DNA of 64,000 bases from a virus, in IMG/VR virus record IMGVR_UViG_3300032257_000479, positions 32,001 through 96,000 of that record; one strand, 5' to 3'. The notes under the pieces are model-generated. The model was not told the DNA's origin and searched no databases. It worked only from the letters and a program-made list of their open reading frames with translations. The stretch's first letter is position 1. Every line of letters begins with the position of its first letter. A program made the translations under genes and the position numbers. This document shows positions 57,638 through 64,000 of the stretch, piece after piece.

Positions 57638-58177
57638 TTAAAGTCCCAGTTTAAAGCGAACGAAGTTTCCGATGGACAATGATCCTGATACATCTGTCCC
57701 TGGAACGCCGCTTTCAACAGCGGTTGGACCGCTAAAGATAACCCCAACAACTCTACCTGAGCCTGGGTCTGCTGGTGTGATAAGTCCTGTTGCTGTGCAG
57801 TAAGCAGTTCCACCTGGAACCCAAGTCTGACCTGCTTCATACTGGTCAGTGAGGAACTCGCCGCCAGAAATGTATACTGTTAACTTACTTGAACCTAAAG
57901 CTTCATTAAACATATCTGAAACTCTGTTTGAGGTTGAGCGTGTTCCGCCAGCGCTGTTGATAACGATATCTTCAGCGTATGGGGTGTAACCTGAATCGCT
58001 TGCGATGCTGTCGCCAGCTACGCCTACGGCTCCGGTTGCAACGCCAGTCTCAGTGACGTATCCGTTTGCATCAAGGGCAACGAATTGACCTTCGATGATT
58101 GGATTTGCTACTGCATCGTGTGCAGGGTCAACATCAAATGATGTTGGAATAACGTGTTGTACTTCTATAAGTGCCAT
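57638..58177 (-). CDS. Head decoration/cement protein
   Basis: 179 aa, Gly-rich beta protein (IIEGQFVAL, GEFLTDQY) located between the scaffold and capsid genes. Confidence 0.7.
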   Translation of the reverse strand: MALIEVQHVIPTSFDVDPAHDAVANPIIEGQFVALDANGYVTETGVATGAVGVAGDSIASDSGYTPYAEDIVINSAGGTRSTSNRVSDMFNEALGSSKLTVYISGGEFLTDQYEAGQTWVPGGTAYCTATGLITPADPGSGRVVGVIFSGPTAVESGVPGTDVSGSLSIGNFVRFKLGL

Positions 58178-58237
58178 GTGTTTGTCTCCTTAGAACTTAA
58201 TAATTGTTCTAATAAATTGTTCTCTATTTTCTCTACC

Positions 58238-61200
58238 TTAACGCCTCAGGCTTGCATTTGGGTCTTCAGATGCCGCTTTATTTCTGCGGTCAAGCTGAAA
58301 CAGTCCTTGAATCTTGCTGGTTAATTCCATTGTTGCATCTTTTGCGTTGCTTGATTCAGGTATTACCAATGCTGTCTCTGATCCTTGCGCTACGGTATTG
58401 AGTCCTTTTCGAACAAATCCGAACATTGCTTTTTCCATATCCAAGATTTGCTCTGATTCATAACGCTCTAGTTCTGCAATCTTAACAGGTAGTTGACCTA
58501 CTGTTATTTGCTTAGCTTCAAGCATTCGACCAGCTACTCGGATAGCAGCTTCTTTTCGAATTGACGAAGACTCCTCATTGCTACGCGCAATGACCGTGCC
58601 TTTAATATCTTCTTGTTTCTCAGGAGCGAATCGCTCGTTTTCAGGGCCTTTACCGCCGCCTGATGGTACTTCTGGTTGATGTTCAGGGGCTTTAGGAACA
58701 GCTCCAATGCTTTCCTCTTCGTGGCCCATGAACGCTCCTGAACCATCTTCTGGAACAGAAACTTTATCGCTCTCTTCTGAAGGAGTTATTTTTGAGCCTT
58801 CAGGAGTGTTTGGGTGATCTTTGTTATTAGATATTGGTTGAATATCCTTGTCTTCGCTAACAGGTTTAGCTTCATTCAACTTTTTGTCAGCTTCAATTAT
58901 CAATCTTTCAGCAAGACCGTTTTGCGAAGCTTTTGTTGAAGCCGCCTTACTGTTACCGGCTCCTTCTTCTCCGCCAGTGTAGTCATGACCCTTTTCTGGA
59001 GTATAACCTTGATCGGCTTCTCCGCCCATAGCTGATCCGCCTGCTGGAATTGTTGGAACATCAGTTTTAGCCAGGTCCTTTGACTCATGACCCATAGTTG
59101 CTCCGGAGCTTGGTGCGTCAGGATTTTCTGCTGTAAACTTTTCTTCATGACCCATAGTTGATCCATCTGAACCAGATATTGGGTTTATATCAGAATCGTC
59201 TTGAACATTTTTCTGAACTATGCTGCTTTCTCCGGCTTGCTTTGATAGCAAGCTTGAAACTGCGGATAGATCAAGACCTACAGAATGAGACTTAGCTATG
59301 CGACCTCTTTTGTATGTCTCTGCCATGCTAGATGCTTCTTTCATCTCGTCTCCCTCTTCTGTATCTTCTGTATTCTCAGAACTGTCGGAAGATTCCTTCC
59401 TAATTTCTTCATTTTCGCTAGAAGCGAATGAATCAGACATGCTCATGCTTTCTTCTTCAGCGTTATCTTCCTCTCCATCTGCCTCAAAACCGCCAGGTCC
59501 TCCGTCAAATGGATCGTCGTCATCGCCGCCATCATCGCCTTCTCCGCCCAACTCTTCTCCGATATCTTCGGTTATATCAACGGCAGTATCTAAAGCGTCT
59601 TCGGCAACATCGCTAATCTCAGAAGAAGCGTCTTCAGGTAAACCTAATGCTTCTTCGCCAGCTTCTTCGCCCATGCCGCTGTTGTCGCCTTCGAGAGCTT
59701 GAGCAATTTCGCTATTCAGTGTATGAAGAACTTCGAGAGGCAAACTTACGTCAACAAAACCGTCTGCTCCATCTTCTGAGAATGGATCAACATTTTCGTC
59801 AAAGCCGTCGCCGCCGTCAATATCAACATTAAATTCATCGCCAACTACGTCAACGTCTTCGTTGTTGCCCATGTCGTTCTCAAGTTCATCTGATAAAAAC
59901 TCAACAACTTGAGCATACTTGGTTCTTAATTGATCGCAAACAAAGCTTGATTGCTTAGCTGTAAATCCGCCTCGAATAAAATCTTCTAGACACATGATGC
60001 AGCCATCTGGCTCCATCCAATGATTTGCAATTTTAACAACCATGTTATCGCTGTAAATGCTTGCCTTGGAAAGACGCTTGCAAACTGCATCAGCAAGGTT
60101 ACATCCTTCATCAGGTCCGCTAAGAGCTATCGCATCTTCGCCGAAACGACGAGCAATTAGTTCTCTACATCTTTCTGTTGGGAATTTATCGCCAATGCTA
60201 TATGCTTTCTTGAATTCATTGAGAGTTCCGCTTTCAACAGATGCTGTCTTAACTCTGTTAAGAAGACCCTTATTGTTCATGGCAAGAATTGCTCTACCTC
60301 TATCAGCAAGAGTCATTGAATCAAATTCTGATTCATTGAGTCCAAAATCTTTCAAAGCTGAAGCAAATGTCTTTTTAGCTCTCTTGCATGAAACGCAATC
60401 TGAAGCTGCTGGACGATTCTTCCATTCCCATTGCATGTAAAGGTCATCGCCTTTCATTGCTTGGCGAATATTGTATCTATTTCCGGTTGTAAGACAGAAG
60501 TATTCTCCGTCTCCCATAGCCAAAGTATCAGTTGATCCTGTGTATGGGCTAACGCTTCCAAGGATAATGTTCTGTGAAGCAAGTTTTTCCATTGACTTGT
60601 CTGTTATTCTAGTGAAAGCTGCAACAGGTAGTTCCTGATCCATTCCTCCATCATCGATAGCCAAACCTTCGCCTCCGAAGTCTTCTTCTGCAGACTCTTC
60701 GCCTCCATCGTTATCCATTGTTCCTGGCCATTTGAGAACTTCGATATCAATCTTCATTGAATATTCAGCTCCACAGTTATTACATTGACCTTTTCCGGCA
60801 ATTATATCAACATCATCTGCTCCACAAACAGGACATATGCTGCCTGGAGGGGAAGCTTCAAGGTCTCCGGTTCCCTCGTCTTCGAATCCTTCATCGCCGC
60901 CAGCGTCAAAGCTTTCGATTGCTTCTCCGCCGCCGTCGCCAGGAGCTGCAGGCATTGACGCTCCTGCGCCTCCGCCTTCTCCGAGACCAGCAGGCATTTG
61001 TCCGCCCATCATCTGAGCTTCTTTCTCTAACTGTTCTCTATTTTCTTTTCTTGACGCAGTTTTTTCTTCTGAATCTTCATCTGAGTCATCTGTGTTGGCT
61101 GTTTTTGTTAAGCTAAGATTAGCGAATGCTGTTTTTTCTTCTTCAGTAGCAACTGAAGCTTCTTTTACGACAGCTTCAAAAATTCCAAGCTCTGCATCAA

Positions 61201-63913
61201 CGCTTACATTTGCAACTATAATGTCGCTTGTTTCTGTTTGAGTTTGAGCGTATGAAAGGATAGAGCTAATAAAAGCTTTCTTGTCGCTTGTATCAACTCC
61301 ATTTAAATCTTCGCTAATTGTTCCGCAAATCTTATATAAACCATCATCGCTATTATCAATTTCTGCAAAAGCTTGACGGAATTGTTCAGTTTTATCAACA
61401 ACAGTTTCAACAGTCTTTGTCGAAGCCATTTTCTCTAAAGCACTCTTTTCTGATGAAGCAAGAGCAACCTTGTCATTTGCAACAAAAGCAACTGCATCAA
61501 TAAAATCAGAAGCTGAAGCAAATTTAATGTTATCTCCCATTGCTGCCAATAGGCCGTCTATAGCATTTGTTGAAGATGTTCTTCCTGCAACTTTTCCAAA
61601 ATAGCTATCTCTTTCGTTTTGAGATTTTCTTTCTGCAATTTTTGCTGGGATAGCATTAACAAGAGTGAGATAAGCTGCTTTCATTTCATGCTTAGGAGTC
61701 GCTGAGAACGCCGAAACAGCCTGTCTTACATCTGTTGGAGTCAAACCGTAGTTTGCAATCGCATCAGATACTGCATTAGAAGCTGCTGTAACAAGGGCTT
61801 TTGCGTCAAACGATGCAGCCTTCCATCTAGCGGTATCTCCGCCATGAGGAAGTGTTGATCCTTGATTCGCAAGTTGTTCTTGAGTAATAAACTCTGGGTC
61901 TACCCAACTGTGAGAATCTCTCAAGCCAATAAGTTGAGCTTGAGTTGTTGATTCTGTCCAATCTTCAGGAAGTATAGATGACACAAGACGACTCATTTCG
62001 TCCCATTGTTTCTCTGTTATAACTTCCGGGTATGAACTCCAACGTGACATTGGATATTCTTTTATTTCTTCAAGCTGAGCTTGTGTTATAAATTCATACG
62101 GAGCGTCAAGTCGAACCTGAGGAGAATCAGTAGAGGTGTTATTAGTTCTTTCAGAACCACCTATTTGATCTGCTCCTTCAGTAATCGTCTCATAATGAGT
62201 TTCTTGACGACCATGAAGTTCAAGGTTTGCTTTATCAAGCTGCTTCTGAGTAATTACCTCAGTATGCTCTTCGTTCACTCCTGAACCTGCTGCTGTTTTA
62301 TTTTCTTTAGCCATGGTTAAATCAGACTCCTTTTCAAGACTTAACAGAATTGATTGAGCGGCTTCCGTTGGATTGCTATCCATTAGGTTCCGCATGTTAT
62401 TATCATACTTATCGGCAGAAACCCAACTTACAAGTTTTGAGCCATGCCATTCTCCAACACACAATTCGCCGTTATCTGTTTTGGCTATTGCTATTTTTCT
62501 ATTGTTTAACGAAGCTTCACAGATAGTTTCTGAATTATTAGCTCGTCTTTCTTCGAATTCCAAAAGCTTATTTGCCCATTTTAGACCAACATTAACATGT
62601 TGTAGCTTCTGTTGTATCATGTTGCTTGATTCTTTTATTAAATCCTCCCCATTATCCTGAGAAGCGGCAGAAAAATTAGGACGAGTTACTGTTCCAACTT
62701 CTGGGGCAGGAGAAGATTCAACTCCTGAAACTTGAGGTTGAGGAGCTTGTTGCTGCTGTCCTGAACCTATTTGGTCAGGAGAAACTTGCTCAGATCCTGA
62801 ATCTCCATCAGCAGGAGAAGCTAACGCATCAGTCCCAAAAGCTATCTCGTTTTCGCTTGGCGAAGGAAGAGCGTTGTATCCCATCTCGATAAGCTCATCT
62901 GTGTATCCTTGCAAATCGGCCAAAACCTCAACAAGATCGCTTGCGTATTCCATATCAACTTGTTGTTTTTGAGCAAGAATTGATCTAGTAACTTTTTCAA
63001 TAAGATTCATAGCATCATTAAGTGCTTGAATTTCTGTTTTACCAGCAGTCTTCTCTATCTTATTGCCATTTATTCCGCTCTCGTACCTAGAAGCAACCTT
63101 CTTAAGCTCTCCTAATTGAGATGCCATTTTCTGTTCAATATTGCCAACATTAAGGATGTCGCAAACCAAACAATCATGACAAGCTGGATTAACAACGAAT
63201 GAATCTTCAATGAACTTTATGTCATAGTTCCATTCAAATACTTGAGCTTCTTTGTGATCAAGCATTTCTTCTGCGTCTATTTTTTTGCCTGTAAGCGGAT
63301 CATTATCTTCAGGCTTGCAATTGCTGTCGTGGTAAGCATTTTTTACTGAACCAGAAAACTGTCTAGTCTTTTGGTTTTTTACATGTGAACAGAAGTCGTC
63401 TGCTGTATGAGCTTTATTGTGACATATTGAACACAAAGAGAACCCAACTTGAGCCCCCATTGATGTTCCAGATATATAACCTTCTTGTATTCCTCTTGCT
63501 AATTGAGGATAAGCAACCTTATCAACTCTATTTATGCAATAAATGCCGCCTGCTGAATCGTCATACCAAGCATGGATAACTTTGCCTCTTGATTTTTCAA
63601 CATCATCATTTTGGTGATTAACAAATACAGGGCAATCTATAAATGTATGAGCAGCTCTTTTTAATTCGGATTCAGAAAAAGCATCTCCGTTGTCATTGAC
63701 TTCGTCTTTTTTTATAGCAAAAACTTTAACAAATAGGTGCTCTGGATTCTCTTTTGCTGCTGCAGCTATATCAAACCCATCGAGGTCTATTTTCTTTGTT
63801 TTTGATATGGATGCAAATTTCTCTAAAGCTGTAGTATTTATCGTATCCCAATTTTCTGGAACATTCAATGCCACAATTGGCATGTTATGCGAGCTTTTTT
63901 TATACATTGTCAT
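58238..63913 (-). CDS. Giant prohead protease-scaffold fusion
   Basis: N-terminal HK97/assemblin-type protease (NDNGDAF, VFVNH, GTSMG, CSIC, FIEDSFVVNPA), then about 1600 aa of acidic, repeat-rich scaffold-like sequence with CxxC pairs. Confidence 0.8.
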   Translation of the reverse strand: MTMYKKSSHNMPIVALNVPENWDTINTTALEKFASISKTKKIDLDGFDIAAAAKENPEHLFVKVFAIKKDEVNDNGDAFSESELKRAAHTFIDCPVFVNHQNDDVEKSRGKVIHAWYDDSAGGIYCINRVDKVAYPQLARGIQEGYISGTSMGAQVGFSLCSICHNKAHTADDFCSHVKNQKTRQFSGSVKNAYHDSNCKPEDNDPLTGKKIDAEEMLDHKEAQVFEWNYDIKFIEDSFVVNPACHDCLVCDILNVGNIEQKMASQLGELKKVASRYESGINGNKIEKTAGKTEIQALNDAMNLIEKVTRSILAQKQQVDMEYASDLVEVLADLQGYTDELIEMGYNALPSPSENEIAFGTDALASPADGDSGSEQVSPDQIGSGQQQQAPQPQVSGVESSPAPEVGTVTRPNFSAASQDNGEDLIKESSNMIQQKLQHVNVGLKWANKLLEFEERRANNSETICEASLNNRKIAIAKTDNGELCVGEWHGSKLVSWVSADKYDNNMRNLMDSNPTEAAQSILLSLEKESDLTMAKENKTAAGSGVNEEHTEVITQKQLDKANLELHGRQETHYETITEGADQIGGSERTNNTSTDSPQVRLDAPYEFITQAQLEEIKEYPMSRWSSYPEVITEKQWDEMSRLVSSILPEDWTESTTQAQLIGLRDSHSWVDPEFITQEQLANQGSTLPHGGDTARWKAASFDAKALVTAASNAVSDAIANYGLTPTDVRQAVSAFSATPKHEMKAAYLTLVNAIPAKIAERKSQNERDSYFGKVAGRTSSTNAIDGLLAAMGDNIKFASASDFIDAVAFVANDKVALASSEKSALEKMASTKTVETVVDKTEQFRQAFAEIDNSDDGLYKICGTISEDLNGVDTSDKKAFISSILSYAQTQTETSDIIVANVSVDAELGIFEAVVKEASVATEEEKTAFANLSLTKTANTDDSDEDSEEKTASRKENREQLEKEAQMMGGQMPAGLGEGGGAGASMPAAPGDGGGEAIESFDAGGDEGFEDEGTGDLEASPPGSICPVCGADDVDIIAGKGQCNNCGAEYSMKIDIEVLKWPGTMDNDGGEESAEEDFGGEGLAIDDGGMDQELPVAAFTRITDKSMEKLASQNIILGSVSPYTGSTDTLAMGDGEYFCLTTGNRYNIRQAMKGDDLYMQWEWKNRPAASDCVSCKRAKKTFASALKDFGLNESEFDSMTLADRGRAILAMNNKGLLNRVKTASVESGTLNEFKKAYSIGDKFPTERCRELIARRFGEDAIALSGPDEGCNLADAVCKRLSKASIYSDNMVVKIANHWMEPDGCIMCLEDFIRGGFTAKQSSFVCDQLRTKYAQVVEFLSDELENDMGNNEDVDVVGDEFNVDIDGGDGFDENVDPFSEDGADGFVDVSLPLEVLHTLNSEIAQALEGDNSGMGEEAGEEALGLPEDASSEISDVAEDALDTAVDITEDIGEELGGEGDDGGDDDDPFDGGPGGFEADGEEDNAEEESMSMSDSFASSENEEIRKESSDSSENTEDTEEGDEMKEASSMAETYKRGRIAKSHSVGLDLSAVSSLLSKQAGESSIVQKNVQDDSDINPISGSDGSTMGHEEKFTAENPDAPSSGATMGHESKDLAKTDVPTIPAGGSAMGGEADQGYTPEKGHDYTGGEEGAGNSKAASTKASQNGLAERLIIEADKKLNEAKPVSEDKDIQPISNNKDHPNTPEGSKITPSEESDKVSVPEDGSGAFMGHEEESIGAVPKAPEHQPEVPSGGGKGPENERFAPEKQEDIKGTVIARSNEESSSIRKEAAIRVAGRMLEAKQITVGQLPVKIAELERYESEQILDMEKAMFGFVRKGLNTVAQGSETALVIPESSNAKDATMELTSKIQGLFQLDRRNKAASEDPNASLRR

Positions 63914-63956
63914 AAATAGTCCTCTTGTAACTTATAATAAGTCCGTATTAAGTATT

Positions 63957-63983
63957 GATTCAAAAATTAATAATAAAATCCTT
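63957..63983 (-). promoter_or_regulatory. Variant promoter-like motif AAGG-N17-TGAATC upstream of the protease gene
   Basis: - strand TAAAGGATTTTATTATTAATTTTTGAATC; same spacing as the 27036 and 30259 copies. Confidence 0.35.
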
Positions 63984-64000
63984 TAATCAAAGGCGAAAAC

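Larger units (their letters stand above)
1..64000 (-). mobile_element. Structural/morphogenesis module of a large tailed phage (Caudoviricetes, probably non-contractile tail)
   Basis: Co-oriented, tightly packed - strand genes in the order protease/scaffold, decoration, capsid, neck, tail tube, chaperones, tape measure, tail tip. PhoH is present. No host housekeeping genes. Confidence 0.95.

Noticed and set aside
58238-63913. Intein or homing endonuclease explaining the size of the protease gene
   Set aside because: No recognisable intein splice-junction or LAGLIDADG motifs; the extra length is acidic, repeat-rich scaffold-like sequence.
526-63986. The many short + strand ORFs and nested - strand ORFs in the ORF track
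   Set aside because: They overlap long coherent - strand genes, lack recognisable motifs, and look like antisense shadows.
1-64000. Stop-codon reassignment
   Set aside because: Genes tile densely in the standard code, and TAA, TGA and TAG all occur at sensible gene ends.

Overview
This window is the virion-morphogenesis region of a large (jumbo/huge-type) tailed dsDNA phage. It is AT-rich, read in the standard code, and essentially every real gene lies on the - strand. In transcription order (64000->1) it holds: a 1891-aa prohead protease/scaffold fusion; a head decoration protein; an HK97-type major capsid protein; a small ORF followed by a structured RNA ending in a degenerate tRNA-like element; a glycosyltransferase/S8-protease cluster; fibre genes; an unannotated Pro-Thr repeat peptide; a head-tail adaptor; an Acb1-like 2H phosphoesterase; PhoH; a zinc-ribbon/adaptor/actin-like (volactin-type) module; neck proteins; another GT; the tail tube; tail chaperones with a -1 frameshift; a moron-like membrane gene; the tape measure protein; and large tail-tip proteins with one more GT. 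No sheath, portal, terminase, integrase, CRISPR array or reverse transcriptase is visible. The best novelty candidates are: (i) a dispersed virion-glycosylation system (four GT-B genes, a small domain shared with the actin partner, and a PT-repeat candidate substrate); (ii) an actin-like filament module among the head-tail genes; (iii) a K-x-A cleavage code with W/Y-rich N-terminal leaders that may load cargo, including an anti-CBASS-like enzyme, into the capsid; (iv) the sORF-ncRNA-tRNA-like unit; and (v) a sigma28-like late promoter motif. Family assignments come from recognised motifs and gene order, not from database searches.
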